From positions 1-60,469 of the forward strand of contig JBLINS010000004.1 in assembly GCA_047639455.1 (NCBI GenBank): a stretch of 60,469 nucleotides of DNA, in the 5' to 3' direction. This stretch comes from Candidatus Omnitrophota bacterium. Lineage in GTDB: Bacteria; Omnitrophota; Gorgyraeia; 2-02-FULL-51-18; JAGOUK01. Numbering within the stretch: the stretch's first letter is position 1; each line of letters starts with the position of its first letter. The position numbers were made by a program, and so were the translations under genes. The notes under the pieces were generated by a model. It saw only the letters and a list, made by a program, of their open reading frames with translations. It was not told where the DNA came from and did not search any database. Positions 1-9,812 of the stretch are shown piece by piece.

Positions 1-563
1 ACACCTAAGTCTTTCAAGCAATCAACGGCCTTATCGACCGCATAACCCTTGCCAATACCCCCCAAATCTAAACTCACTCCATTAGATGCTATTAATACGG
101 TGCCCTTATTTTTATCGACAAAAATATGTTGATAACCCGTTTCATTCAAAGCCTGATCAAGTTCGGATTTATCAGGCAATTTTTTATTCACTTTGGCTTG
201 TCGCCATAAATCTTGTATGCCTGCTAATGTGACATCGAATTGACCTTGTGACAATTCTCCAAAAAATACAGATGCCTGCAGGACTTCCTTACATTCTCTA
301 CTAATGGGTTTTGACTTATGTTGTGGTGTGGCATTAAGGCGACTAATATCACTACTTTCGATGAAACGACTTAGGAGGTTTTCGATGCGGCGCATTTCTT
401 CAAAGGCGGCATATATCGCTTCTATGCCCGGCGCTTCTTGCATGCCCGCGACTTCTATGGTGACCAATGTCCCCATGAGGTATTGCATACGCACAAGTGG
501 CTGGTCTAGGTTTTTTTTAGGAATAAAATTCTTGAAATAAGTGCAGAAGTTTTCGAATGCCAT
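1..563 (-). CDS. apbE: FAD:protein FMN transferase ApbE (3' end runs off the window)
   Basis: Not in the ORF track because there is no stop in the window. Manual minus-strand translation gives ...VRMQYLMGTLVTIEV...FDVT...SLDLGGIGKGYAVDKAV..., the ApbE MGT and DLGGIGKGY motifs. Start is either ATG 563 or GTG 494. Confidence 0.9.
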   Translation of the reverse strand, partial: MAFENFCTYFKNFIPKKNLDQPLVRMQYLMGTLVTIEVAGMQEAPGIEAIYAAFEEMRRIENLLSRFIESSDISRLNATPQHKSKPISRECKEVLQASVFFGELSQGQFDVTLAGIQDLWRQAKVNKKLPDKSELDQALNETGYQHIFVDKNKGTVLIASNGVSLDLGGIGKGYAVDKAVDCLKDLG

Positions 564-1143
564 TGGTCACTCCATTGGACGATATCGAAGCACCTGTTAT
601 GCCTTTAATATCCTTCATCACCTCAATAGAATCCGTTATGGTCTTGCCACGGAATTGTTTCAAGAAACGCGTTTTGGCAACCGGCTTGCCTCGTTTTTCT
701 CTATACTCTAATATAGCTACACTCTTAACAGCACCCTCGGGTGTTATGGCAAGCGCGTAATGGATAGGGTCCCATTTACCTCTCACATAGTCTTCAACAA
801 CATAACCAATAATATTTCCTGATTTCTGAATCACCCTAAAGTGAAAAGCGGCATCCAAATTCTCATCTAAGGTCACATCAGCTTGTTCTTTAATGCGAGC
901 TTTGATGTCAGGCGTAATTTGATGTATGGTTGATTCAAATGTTATATCGCCCGGATACGTCTTGTGTACAAATTCGTCCACTGTGGTTAATACAATGGCA
1001 TAGGCTTGTTTTAAAGTTATTATGGCTATATTGTCTTTGAGAATAAGGCGTTGATAAGCCGTCGTGACTAATTGAACAGGAGATAGACAAATAAGGAGTA
1101 TTTGGCTACACAAAAAGAATGCCGCTTTTTTAGCATGCTTCAT
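517..1143 (-). CDS. FMN-binding (flavinylated) extracytosolic protein
   Basis: N-terminal hydrophobic/signal segment. C-terminal ITGASISS matches the [S/T]GA[S/T] flavinylation motif. Adjacent to apbE. Confidence 0.8.
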   Translation of the reverse strand: MKHAKKAAFFLCSQILLICLSPVQLVTTAYQRLILKDNIAIITLKQAYAIVLTTVDEFVHKTYPGDITFESTIHQITPDIKARIKEQADVTLDENLDAAFHFRVIQKSGNIIGYVVEDYVRGKWDPIHYALAITPEGAVKSVAILEYREKRGKPVAKTRFLKQFRGKTITDSIEVMKDIKGITGASISSNGVTNGIRKLLHLFQEFYS

Positions 1144-1146
1144 AGA

Positions 1147-1725
1147 CTAACCTTGTTTATGCGAGTGTGGGAACCACAAGTCATATTGAACGCGCAAAAA
1201 CATCGTCAAAAAACACAATGCAAGCATGAGTCCAGACAAGGCTAATTGCCATGCGAATAAATCATTGTAGCGAATTAACCATGCCGATCCAATATCTGAC
1301 AGTATCAATACTGGCACGACAGCCGCAAATATACGCTTAAGTTGCTCGCTAGCTCGAGTGAATAAAAATAATAAAACCGTGATGGCAAAAGTAGCTACAA
1401 ACCAAGAAAGGTAACGAAACGTATGGTCAATTAAACCCATGAATTCAAAGTCGCCATAACCTTCAATAATCAATGGAATGGACATCTCCGTCTCAACCCA
1501 AATATTGCCCAATAATGCGCAATAACTCAAACCGATAACGCACATAAATGACGATATGAACATCTTTGTACTAATTGGCAAACGACATAATAAACCATCA
1601 TGCATGGGATGAACTACCTCTTCTTTAACAAACGTTGAGGAGACACCTCCCTCCGCCTGCTTAGGCGAAGGAGAGGCGTTCTCAACTACATTTGCATCAT
1701 TTGTTTGTAATTCAGTTAATTCCAA
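1147..1725 (-). CDS. Multi-pass membrane protein (~4 TM), unknown function
   Basis: Four hydrophobic segments; abuts the porin stop and the FMN-binding gene in one operon. Confidence 0.65.
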   Translation of the reverse strand: MELTELQTNDANVVENASPSPKQAEGGVSSTFVKEEVVHPMHDGLLCRLPISTKMFISSFMCVIGLSYCALLGNIWVETEMSIPLIIEGYGDFEFMGLIDHTFRYLSWFVATFAITVLLFLFTRASEQLKRIFAAVVPVLILSDIGSAWLIRYNDLFAWQLALSGLMLALCFLTMFLRVQYDLWFPHSHKQG

Positions 1726-3048
1726 TTAGAATCCCATGGCAACTGAGGCAGTTAGGCCTTCAGAGTCGCCTTTTTCTAATGTTTCATTATCTGTGTCATT
1801 CCATTGATAAGATAATTTGAATACCCAGCTTTCGACAGGTCTGTAATTGAAGCCGACAGTGAATCGATCTTCTTTATTATCGCCAGTTCCATTATCGCTG
1901 TCATCACTAATTTCGGCAGCGCCAAAACGACCAATGATTGCGAATTTTGGATCATCAAAGCTACGACCTAAGAAAGTGTCATCCAATGCATCACACCAGA
2001 AGTCATATGACAATTGCACGCTATAACCGTCAAAGTCATTAGCGACGTCACTGCCTGCAGGCTCATCAACATCAAAATGCGCCCATTCACCTGTTAATTC
2101 CCATGCACCCATGGTGAATAAACCGTCAATAGCAATACCAGTGATATCGTCCCCTGTAGTATTGTAACCGCCGCCATATCCACTAAAACCAATTTCAGTG
2201 CCTAAAGCAGGGCTAACAACTAAGCGGCCAACTAAGGCCTTATTGTTATTATTGTCAGTTTCAAGTGAACCTCGAGCTCCGCGCATACCTGTGTCTGAGA
2301 ACCCAGCGTTCAAACCATTGATGACATAGGCTTCATAACCGAATTCCCAATCTTCAAAGGCTTCGCCGCCTAATTCAAATTCACCATAAATACCAGCACC
2401 CGACTCAGTCCATGTTGTAGGAATAATGTCTCTGTTCACCAGAGCGCGTTGAGTCAAGTTTTGTTGATCTGAATCATGGTATAAGTTGAAACGACCAAAA
2501 GGTACGAGTACTGCACCCGCACGGATATTAAATTGCTCAACAATGAGGTAGTCTATCCAAGCTTGTTCAACCTTGGCTTCACCAACACTAGCAGAGTCAG
2601 GACCACCGTGTTCGATTTCGTATTCAGAATAGAATCGAAGGCGATCGCCTAATTCGGCACCAATATTGATAATCCAACGATGTTGATCGAAAGTAGACGC
2701 TGTATTGTCAAAGTCCTCGAATTCATGGTCCATATAACCACCGACGCTGACTTGTCCAAAACCAGATTCTTCTCTGACAATTAAACCACCCTTGCCAAAA
2801 GGACCATTTTGTCGGCCAACGTACTCAGTTGTTATACCGCTACCCAAGTTACTCACACGGTCAGATGTTGCTTCACTTTTGCGTGCAATACTATCAACTT
2901 GCGTCATTAACATAGCAATTTTTGATTCATAATCGGCTCTTAAAGAGGCCATTTCTCTTTTCAAATCACTAATTTCGTCAGCAAAAGCCATGGGTGCCGA
3001 TGAGCACACAACCATAATAGCTAATGCAGCTGTAAATAAACGTTTCAT
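1726..3048 (-). CDS. Outer-membrane beta-barrel porin (OprO/P-like) with N-terminal coiled coil
   Basis: Signal peptide (AMA/AFA site), coiled coil DEISDLKREMASLRADY, alternating beta-strands, C-terminal Phe (AMGF). RBS ggagaa. Confidence 0.8.
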   Translation of the reverse strand: MKRLFTAALAIMVVCSSAPMAFADEISDLKREMASLRADYESKIAMLMTQVDSIARKSEATSDRVSNLGSGITTEYVGRQNGPFGKGGLIVREESGFGQVSVGGYMDHEFEDFDNTASTFDQHRWIINIGAELGDRLRFYSEYEIEHGGPDSASVGEAKVEQAWIDYLIVEQFNIRAGAVLVPFGRFNLYHDSDQQNLTQRALVNRDIIPTTWTESGAGIYGEFELGGEAFEDWEFGYEAYVINGLNAGFSDTGMRGARGSLETDNNNNKALVGRLVVSPALGTEIGFSGYGGGYNTTGDDITGIAIDGLFTMGAWELTGEWAHFDVDEPAGSDVANDFDGYSVQLSYDFWCDALDDTFLGRSFDDPKFAIIGRFGAAEISDDSDNGTGDNKEDRFTVGFNYRPVESWVFKLSYQWNDTDNETLEKGDSEGLTASVAMGF

Positions 3049-3166
3049 TCATTCTCCTAAGTACATATTTTATATTCTAGTTATTTAGTTTTGCTAAGCA
3101 ATCCGCAGACCTAATCAAAATTCACCTCCCCTTTCGGCGTAATTTAGATCGCCATATATTCAGTTA

Positions 3167-3217
3167 TTTTAGCCTCGTCGGTGTTGCGTTGTTTTATCTC
3201 AACTCACGAGGCTAAAA
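3167..3217. promoter_or_regulatory. Stem-loop between the feo operon and the porin gene (terminator, processing site or leader structure)
   Basis: Perfect 12-bp inverted repeat ttttagcctcgt (3167-3178) / acgaggctaaaa (3206-3217). Confidence 0.4.
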
Positions 3218-3228
3218 CCTCAAGCGCG

Positions 3229-3242
3229 TTAGATAATCCTAA
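3229..3242. promoter_or_regulatory. Candidate DtxR/MntR-type operator
   Basis: TTAGATAATCCTAA fits the TTAG-N6-CTAA core of DtxR boxes. It lies upstream of the porin operon and just downstream of a DtxR-family gene. Confidence 0.35.
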
Positions 3243-3256
3243 TAAATTTTGTCTAT

Positions 3257-3454
3257 TTATTTCTGTTCTAAAGCCTGAACCAATTCTTCGCGTACTTCAC
3301 GTACTTTATTCGACTTAAAATGCCTTTTGGTATCTTCTAATTTACTTATCGCACCCATGATAATTGACTCCAAAGATTGAATGCGTTGAGCCAAATTTCC
3401 ATCCATTGACTGTTGTGATATTGGCTGATTATGCATATGACTCATCATCTCCAT
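3257..3454 (-). CDS. Small helical hypothetical protein (65 aa)
   Basis: ORF 8 bp downstream of the DtxR-family gene on the same strand; amphipathic/coiled-coil pattern. Confidence 0.6.
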   Translation of the reverse strand: MEMMSHMHNQPISQQSMDGNLAQRIQSLESIIMGAISKLEDTKRHFKSNKVREVREELVQALEQK

Positions 3455-3462
3455 TAATAAGC

Positions 3463-4140
3463 TTAATTCTTTGAAAACCTAACCTGTATCATGGACGCCA
3501 ATTCTCTATCCACAACAAATTGACTTTGGCCCATTTGAAACAAAAAACCAGGTTTGCGCTTAATCAGTTTAATAGGCAAGCCTGGCAAAACACCCATAGC
3601 CGTTAATTTATTCAATGTATCTTCCTGCTCAGTCTTTAAATAAGCAATCAGACCCGTTTCGCCTAATTCGCATTCAGTCAAATTACGGACCAATTTGCGC
3701 GGCATGCGTTTTTCATCCCGGCAACAGTCCCCTTCTGGAATAGGCTTGTCATGTGGGCACATGGTTGGATGACCTAATAAAGTGCAGATATTCTCAGCAA
3801 CTTCTGTTTGCAATAAATGCTCCATCTCACAACCCAATTCATGATTTTTATCTCCACGCACATGCAAAACATCAGCAAAGAGTTTTTCGGCCAAACGATG
3901 GCGTCTAACACAAGATCTGGCTTCAAGGCGACCATGATTCGTAATTGTTAAAACACCGTCCTTCCACACAGCCATATTTTTTTCCAATAGTTCTTTCGTA
4001 ATCGGTTCTGCATCGCCACCTGTGTAAGACCAAGCCAAACCCTTTTCTTCGGTTTCAACCCAATAATCCTCTAATATTTCATGAGCCAGATCAGATACCC
4101 CTATTTTCTCGTGATTGTGTTCAAGAGTGTTTTGCTCCAT
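3463..4140 (-). CDS. DtxR/MntR-family metal-dependent repressor with C-terminal FeoA (SH3-like) domain
   Basis: RRHRLAEKLFADVL, CEMEH, LLGHPTMCPHDKPIP dimerisation motifs; FeoA-like LTAMGVLPGLPI. RBS aagggag. Confidence 0.9.
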   Translation of the reverse strand: MEQNTLEHNHEKIGVSDLAHEILEDYWVETEEKGLAWSYTGGDAEPITKELLEKNMAVWKDGVLTITNHGRLEARSCVRRHRLAEKLFADVLHVRGDKNHELGCEMEHLLQTEVAENICTLLGHPTMCPHDKPIPEGDCCRDEKRMPRKLVRNLTECELGETGLIAYLKTEQEDTLNKLTAMGVLPGLPIKLIKRKPGFLFQMGQSQFVVDRELASMIQVRFSKN

Positions 4141-4340
4141 CTTTTGCTCCCTTCGCTAACTTTAGCAGCCAAATTCTTTAACCATACAATTTCTTGCGGA
4201 TTATCATACCCGCACTTTGGGCATTTAAGCATGCCACAACCACTTGGAGCTCCAGCACTATCGGACTGATGACAGCTATGACAACCACCTACAGCTGCCG
4301 TTGCTTCTGTGAATGACGTATTGCAATACGAGCAGTTCAA
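4101..4340 (-). CDS. Small Cys-rich protein (7 Cys) between feoB and the DtxR-family gene
   Basis: CxxC, CxxC, C, CxxC pattern; overlaps the feoB stop; no signal peptide. Confidence 0.7.
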   Translation of the reverse strand: MNCSYCNTSFTEATAAVGGCHSCHQSDSAGAPSGCGMLKCPKCGYDNPQEIVWLKNLAAKVSEGSKRWSKTLLNTITRK

Positions 4341-6379
4341 AGCTGTATACCTGTAAGGTTTAATATGCCATTAAGCACGTAACCGATAAAAAATGCGAAT
4401 GGAAAAATAAAGGCCGCCATGCCCATAGCCATGGCTCCACCGCGCTCTTTCCACATAACAGCAAATTGAGCTATGCAAGGCACGAATAGAGTCAAGACAA
4501 CCGTTGCAATCAACATGCCATTACCACTCAAAGTACCTTGATTGGCCATATCGAATAAACCGGCTGCACCAAAGTCGCGCCTAAAGAAACCATATAGGAA
4601 CACTGGCGCAACACCCTCGGGCATACCCACCCATGTCACGGGATAAGCGATGAGCTTGACTCCCATTTCAAAAAGACCTGTTAATTTACCAAACCAAATA
4701 ATGACTGATGCATACAAAAAGATTGGCACAATTTCAATAAAGTACCAAACCATGCGTGAATAAGTTTTGGTAAAAACATTCACAACACTTGGCATTCTAA
4801 GTGGGGGCAATTCCATAAAGAAAGATGTGCCCTCGCCCTTAAAGACTTGCTTTGCCATCCAACCACTTATAAGGAAGACAACGCCCATGGTAAGGGCCCA
4901 CAAAACAAGCATTTTGGGACTATTACCCAATATACCAAGAATAACACCCAATTGAGCTGAGCAAGGAATGGTTAAAGACAAAAGAAAAGTCGCAATAATT
5001 CTTTCCTTTTTAGACTCTAATGTACGCGTTGTGATGGTAGCCATCGTATCGCAACCGAATCCAAGCGTTATTGGAATAACAGCTCTTCCACTCAAACCTA
5101 TGGACTTAAACATCTTATCCACTAACATGGCCAAACGTGGCAAATAACCTGAATCCTCAATCATCGAAAAGGCTATAAAGAACGTAGATACAATTGGCAA
5201 AACAATCGCAAAGGCATATCGCACACCCAAAGTTATAATGCCGTAATCACCTGCGAATAAATCATAAAACATATTATCGCCAAACAAAAAGGCGAAAAAA
5301 GATTGAACGGGAGGGTTGATATACTGACCAAAAATAACCCCTTCAATAAAATTAACGCAAGTGCCAGCGCCAAATTCACCCACAAATTTGAATAAACCAA
5401 AATAAAGCACAGCTAGTAATATCGGCACGCCAAAAATTGGATGGATTAATAAATGGCTCAAATGCTCTTTCCAGGCCGGTTCTTTATTGGCCTCTTGTAC
5501 AAATTTGAGATGTTCAGCGATTAATTTGCGTGTGACCTTAAGGCGGTCTTGAATAAAAATTTGGGCAGATTGTCTAAAGGACAAGTCGCCCATAATCTCT
5601 TTAATTTTGTCGGACCCTATGCGCTTTTCTACTTTCTCTATCACTTCTGAATCACCTTGAGCAATTAATGCGGCAACTGTTCGATTCGAAACCTCATAAT
5701 CACCATCTAAAAATTCACAAATATTAGCTATGCGGTTTTCAATTTCGGGTGAATAATTTGTTTTGAACATATTGAATTTATAACGTTTGTCAGCCACCTC
5801 AACAATACGCGCTTTAAGGTTTTGCATACCTCGGCCGCGTGTAGCTACAGTTTCAATGACAGGTATGCCCAAATCATGTTCCAAGTGCGCCACATCTAAT
5901 TGCATACCGCGAGATTCTAATTCATCATATAAATTCAATACTAGAATAACGGGATGCCCCGTCTCTATAAGCTGTAATGTAAGCGGCAACATGCGCTCGA
6001 GATTCTTAGCATCCACAACATGTAATATGCAGGCGGGTATTTGTTCTAATAAATAATTACGGGCAACACTCTCTTCGCCTGTTATGGGTCGCATAGAATA
6101 CATACCAGGTGTATCAATAACTGAGAATTCATGATGACCGCCAATGCGCAATTTGCCAGAAGCTATTCCGACAGTTGTGCCTGGGTAATTACTAACAGTC
6201 ACATAACTATTTGTGAGCGCATTAAAGATGGAGCTCTTACCAACATTGGGATTTCCGACAAGAAATATTTTGCCCGTTTTTGAAGCACATTCATCATTGT
6301 GATCGTGGTTATTCTTAACTGTTTTAGCGGTGTTTACTTCAAGGTCTTCATTTTGCGCATTGGAAACGGGTTGGCTCAT
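4337..6379 (-). CDS. feoB: Ferrous iron transporter FeoB
   Basis: G1 GNPNVGKS, switch VSNYPGTTV, G3 DTPG, gate motifs LGFGC and LFVPCIA, multi-TM C-terminus. Confidence 0.97.
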   Translation of the reverse strand: MSQPVSNAQNEDLEVNTAKTVKNNHDHNDECASKTGKIFLVGNPNVGKSSIFNALTNSYVTVSNYPGTTVGIASGKLRIGGHHEFSVIDTPGMYSMRPITGEESVARNYLLEQIPACILHVVDAKNLERMLPLTLQLIETGHPVILVLNLYDELESRGMQLDVAHLEHDLGIPVIETVATRGRGMQNLKARIVEVADKRYKFNMFKTNYSPEIENRIANICEFLDGDYEVSNRTVAALIAQGDSEVIEKVEKRIGSDKIKEIMGDLSFRQSAQIFIQDRLKVTRKLIAEHLKFVQEANKEPAWKEHLSHLLIHPIFGVPILLAVLYFGLFKFVGEFGAGTCVNFIEGVIFGQYINPPVQSFFAFLFGDNMFYDLFAGDYGIITLGVRYAFAIVLPIVSTFFIAFSMIEDSGYLPRLAMLVDKMFKSIGLSGRAVIPITLGFGCDTMATITTRTLESKKERIIATFLLSLTIPCSAQLGVILGILGNSPKMLVLWALTMGVVFLISGWMAKQVFKGEGTSFFMELPPLRMPSVVNVFTKTYSRMVWYFIEIVPIFLYASVIIWFGKLTGLFEMGVKLIAYPVTWVGMPEGVAPVFLYGFFRRDFGAAGLFDMANQGTLSGNGMLIATVVLTLFVPCIAQFAVMWKERGGAMAMGMAAFIFPFAFFIGYVLNGILNLTGIQL

Positions 6380-6403
6380 ATTTTGTCTTTTCTCAATTAG
6401 GCT

Positions 6404-6856
6404 TTAATGACTATGTGGCGATTGATTGCATTTTTGACAAATGCCATAAACAAATAAACGGTGTTGGTTAACGGTGAATCCTTCTGCCTGTGTACTTTTT
6501 TCATAATAACGTGCGAGCTCTTTACCAGCAAATTCAGTGATTCGACCGCATAAATCGCATATCATATGATCATGTTCTTTATGACCATAATGATGCTCAT
6601 AACGCATAGCTTTTTGACCAACATTAAAACCTTCGCCAATGCCTGAATCGCATATAAGTTTCATGGCTCTATGCACAGTTGCATTACTAACCTCAGGGTA
6701 AGATTCCTTAACCTTTATGGCTAATTCATCGACAGTCATATGCCCCTCTTGTGTAAGGAAGACTTCTAGGACTTGATCGCGCTGCTTACTAAAGCGGATT
6801 TGATTCCTTTGTAGGTATTCTTCAAATTCTTTTTTTGGTTCTGCTAATTGACTCAT
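6404..6856 (-). CDS. fur: Fur-family transcriptional regulator
   Basis: HMTVDEL, ATVHR, HDHMICDLCG and CQKC motifs; directly upstream of feoB. Confidence 0.9.
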   Translation of the reverse strand: MSQLAEPKKEFEEYLQRNQIRFSKQRDQVLEVFLTQEGHMTVDELAIKVKESYPEVSNATVHRAMKLICDSGIGEGFNVGQKAMRYEHHYGHKEHDHMICDLCGRITEFAGKELARYYEKSTQAEGFTVNQHRLFVYGICQKCNQSPHSH

Positions 6857-6884
6857 CGGACCCTTTTGATTCGGTATAAATACT

Positions 6885-6903
6885 ACTGCAAGTGAGTTGC
6901 AGT
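6885..6903. promoter_or_regulatory. 19-bp palindrome upstream of fur-feoB, candidate Fur-family operator
   Basis: ACTGCAA-gtgag-TTGCAGT (7-5-7), 29 bp upstream of the fur start codon. Confidence 0.5.
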
Positions 6904-7051
6904 TAAGTTAAGTGCTTATTTTACACGAACTCAAATAGCTGTCAACTTAATTCTGCAGAATTATATCAAAAAAATCACACGCATGCACGCGCCAACATAA
7001 TCAACAATTTCTACAATTTATTAATTCACACTATAGCGAGGAAGAACCATT

Positions 7052-7211
7052 GTCATTGCCGGCAGGCAGGCGGGCGGAACGCGGCAATCTAGAGCTAATA
7101 ATGGCCAGTTTTGCTATATCGGATGAGGCTCAAATATTACTGTTTTGGATTGCGCCCGCGCCTGTTCGTGGCACGCCCTCCTTATTCGTCGGACACTCAC
7201 TCTCCCAATGA
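7052..7211. repeat. REP-like inverted pair (gtcattgc...gcaatct / ggattgc...caatgac family)
   Basis: Same terminal words as the copies at 9640, 22820, 32817, 33002 and 44855. Confidence 0.65.
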
Positions 7212-7252
7212 CGTGTGGGCTTTCCATGTATGTGCGCGCGTCTAAAGGGGAC

Positions 7253-9271
7253 TTACTTAAGTGCGGGGCAATATTTGGCGAGGATTTTATTTAACTCGTA
7301 GGTATTAATAGGCTTGGCCAAAAAGCCATTCATACCAGCCTCTTTGCTTTCTAGCTTATCTTCTGTCCGTGCGGCGGCTGTGAGAGCCACTATTGGCAAA
7401 TCAGGATTAATATCATTATGAATAATTTGAGCAGCCTCTAATCCGCCCATAATCGGCATTTGCAAATCCATAAGAATAAGGTGATAAGAATTTTTACGCG
7501 CCTGATCAACGCCTTCTTGGCCATTTGAAACAATGTCTACATTTGAACAAACTTTGTCTAATAATGCTCTAATCAATTCTTGATTAATGAAATTATCTTC
7601 AACCACAAGTATGCGCATGTCTTGAAAAACATCCTGACTCAATCCCGGACTTTTACCGTCATTCGATTCTTCAGTTTCAGCGCCATCCAATTGAGTCTTA
7701 ATAATTTGCGACATCGATCTTTCTAAACTCGGTTTAGGCATATAGGCATCAAAACCAGCTTCCAATGCATCGCGCATACCATCTTTTGTTGATTGAGCCG
7801 ATATAGCCATGAATAGAATAGAATTATATTTGGAAACTTTACGAATTTCTTGAATTAATTGGAGTCCGTCCATATTAGGCATAATAATATCTATCATCAT
7901 TAAATCAGGCAAAGCTTTAGTTTGCGCCAACCAAGCCAAAGCTTTTTCACCTGAATCAGCGGTGCCTTGTAATTCAATATTCATTTTTTCACAACGTTTA
8001 GAAAATAATACCAAGGCCTCAGGATTATCATCTACTATAAAGACTTTTTTGCCCTTAAAGCTTTCTACATCTATGGCTTTCATTTCTTGATCTGACTCCG
8101 ATGTGGCGCCAGCTAAATTAACTGTTACAATGAATCGACTGCCTTCATTCAGTTCTGATTCAACATGTATAGTTCCACCCATCATTTCAGTCAAAGACTG
8201 TGTTATAGCTAGACCTAAACCCGTGCCGCCATATTTGCGTGTCGTAGATTCATCCACTTGTACAAAATTGTCAAAAATATGACTGAGCTTTTCTTTAGGT
8301 ATGCCAATGCCTGAATCTTTAACCATCATGACCAAAGGATATATACCCTCTTCTGATTTAATATCCTTTTGCGCTTCTACGATTAAGGCCACCTCACCCT
8401 GCTCTGTGAATTTAACTGCATTAGATAGCAAGTTTAATGTCACTTGTCTAATAGCCGTTGGATCACCATGGATGCGCTCCGGCAAATCCTTGGAATATTT
8501 GAATTTCAAATGGACATCGCTACCCGATTTAATACGCGCTGAAGCGATATTAAGTGACTCCTCCAATAGGCTCTTCAAGTCAAAATCAATAAATTCCAGC
8601 TTTCTCTGATTGGCTTCAATTTTGGATATGTCCAAAATATCTTCGATGATTTCTAATAAACCCAAACCACTCGACTTTATAGTCTTTTGGTATTTATGCT
8701 GCTCTTTATTTAATTCTGTGTCTTGCATGAGTTCAGAAAAACCAATAATGGCATTCAATGGCGTGCGAATCTCATGTGACATATTCGCTAAAAATTGACT
8801 TTTGGCTTTATTGGATTGATCAGCATCAGCCTTAGCTTTGGTCAAATCATCAATCGTTTTCCTCAACTCACCTTCCCTCAATTTAATTTCTTCCTCTAAA
8901 TGATCTTGATACGAGCGTAATAAGTCACCCTGAGAAAGTATGCCGACAATTTGACCTTTGTCTGAAACTGGCATATGCCGAATCTTTTCCTTTTGCATCA
9001 ACTCAAGAACGTCTACCCAAGAAACTTCGGGGTCCACTGTTTTAAGGTCCCTAGTCATCACTTCTCCAATAAGCGTATTGCCAATATCATCAGCACTCCA
9101 ATTGATTTTGCGCGCACAATCCCTCTCGGTGAATATACCAGCGATGTCGCCGTTCTCTTCTATTAAAAGAGAGCTAATTTTTTTAGCTTTCATTAAGCCT
9201 ACAGCCTCTATCAAAGGCATATCACTTTTAATCACCTCTATGGGTGACATTAAATCAGAAATTGTCTGCAT
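7253..9271 (-). CDS. Soluble hybrid histidine kinase: CBS pair, HisKA, HATPase, two REC domains
   Basis: CBS motifs ([22 protein letters not shown]), H-box [16 protein letters not shown]1/G2 boxes, two receivers (DIIMP, DLQMP). No TM segment. Confidence 0.92.
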   Translation of the reverse strand: MQTISDLMSPIEVIKSDMPLIEAVGLMKAKKISSLLIEENGDIAGIFTERDCARKINWSADDIGNTLIGEVMTRDLKTVDPEVSWVDVLELMQKEKIRHMPVSDKGQIVGILSQGDLLRSYQDHLEEEIKLREGELRKTIDDLTKAKADADQSNKAKSQFLANMSHEIRTPLNAIIGFSELMQDTELNKEQHKYQKTIKSSGLGLLEIIEDILDISKIEANQRKLEFIDFDLKSLLEESLNIASARIKSGSDVHLKFKYSKDLPERIHGDPTAIRQVTLNLLSNAVKFTEQGEVALIVEAQKDIKSEEGIYPLVMMVKDSGIGIPKEKLSHIFDNFVQVDESTTRKYGGTGLGLAITQSLTEMMGGTIHVESELNEGSRFIVTVNLAGATSESDQEMKAIDVESFKGKKVFIVDDNPEALVLFSKRCEKMNIELQGTADSGEKALAWLAQTKALPDLMMIDIIMPNMDGLQLIQEIRKVSKYNSILFMAISAQSTKDGMRDALEAGFDAYMPKPSLERSMSQIIKTQLDGAETEESNDGKSPGLSQDVFQDMRILVVEDNFINQELIRALLDKVCSNVDIVSNGQEGVDQARKNSYHLILMDLQMPIMGGLEAAQIIHNDINPDLPIVALTAAARTEDKLESKEAGMNGFLAKPINTYELNKILAKYCPALK

Positions 9272-9609
9272 TCACTTAAACTTCTTTCTGGCAATTGAGC
9301 CATATAAGTATTACCGATTTAGCATAACTAATAAACTATTGCTATTTACAATTAGTAGTATGCATTAATAAGTATAAATAATCAAGACTAATTATAAATA
9401 TTATTTACATTATCTTAATATTGTGGGTATTAACTCAACTTCGCGTTCATTCATGGGGCCGAGGAAGGTTTTGGAGCGTATTTTAGCGTTTCCTAAATAG
9501 TAAAGGGCTAATTGAAGACCGTCATTATGAGGAGCCTGCCTGTTAGCAGGCGGCCAATGAGTTGCAATGGCTTTAGATTGCCGCAGGACTTGCTTCGCTT
9601 CCTTAGCGA

Positions 9610-9802
9610 TCAGGTCGTGTCATAAAGCTCATTAGCCCCGTCATTGCGAGACGCGCGTAGCAAGCGCCGCGGCAATCTAAGGTTAAATTAGCACCGGGTG
9701 AAAATATTAGTAAAGTTGAATAGTTAATAGTTTTTAGATTGCCACTTCGCTTGCTTCGCGCTCATCGCAATGACGGCAGTGGTACGTTATGACACGGCCT
9801 GA
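9610..9802. mobile_element. ~190-bp MITE/REP-doublet composite with 16-bp terminal inverted repeats (copy A)
   Basis: tcaggtcgtgtcataa ... ttatgacacggcctga enclose a gtcattgcgag...gcaatct / agattgc...cgcaatgac pair. Homologous copy at 32974-33163. Confidence 0.7.
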
Positions 9803-9812
9803 ATGACGCGTA

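Noticed and set aside
100-140. Possible frameshift in apbE at the T-run near 120
   Set aside because: Recounting gives CAT ATT TTT GTC GAT in frame, so the frame stays open to the window edge.
3095-3135. SD-like aaggggaggtga before a 13-codon TTG ORF in the porin leader (leader peptide or riboswitch?)
   Set aside because: The ORF is too short to support, and I see no recognisable riboswitch consensus (not yybP-ykoY or NiCo by eye).
4101-4340. CxxCH (CHSCH) suggesting a c-type cytochrome
   Set aside because: There is no signal peptide or TM, so it cannot reach the maturation machinery; the Cys pattern fits a metal-cluster protein better.
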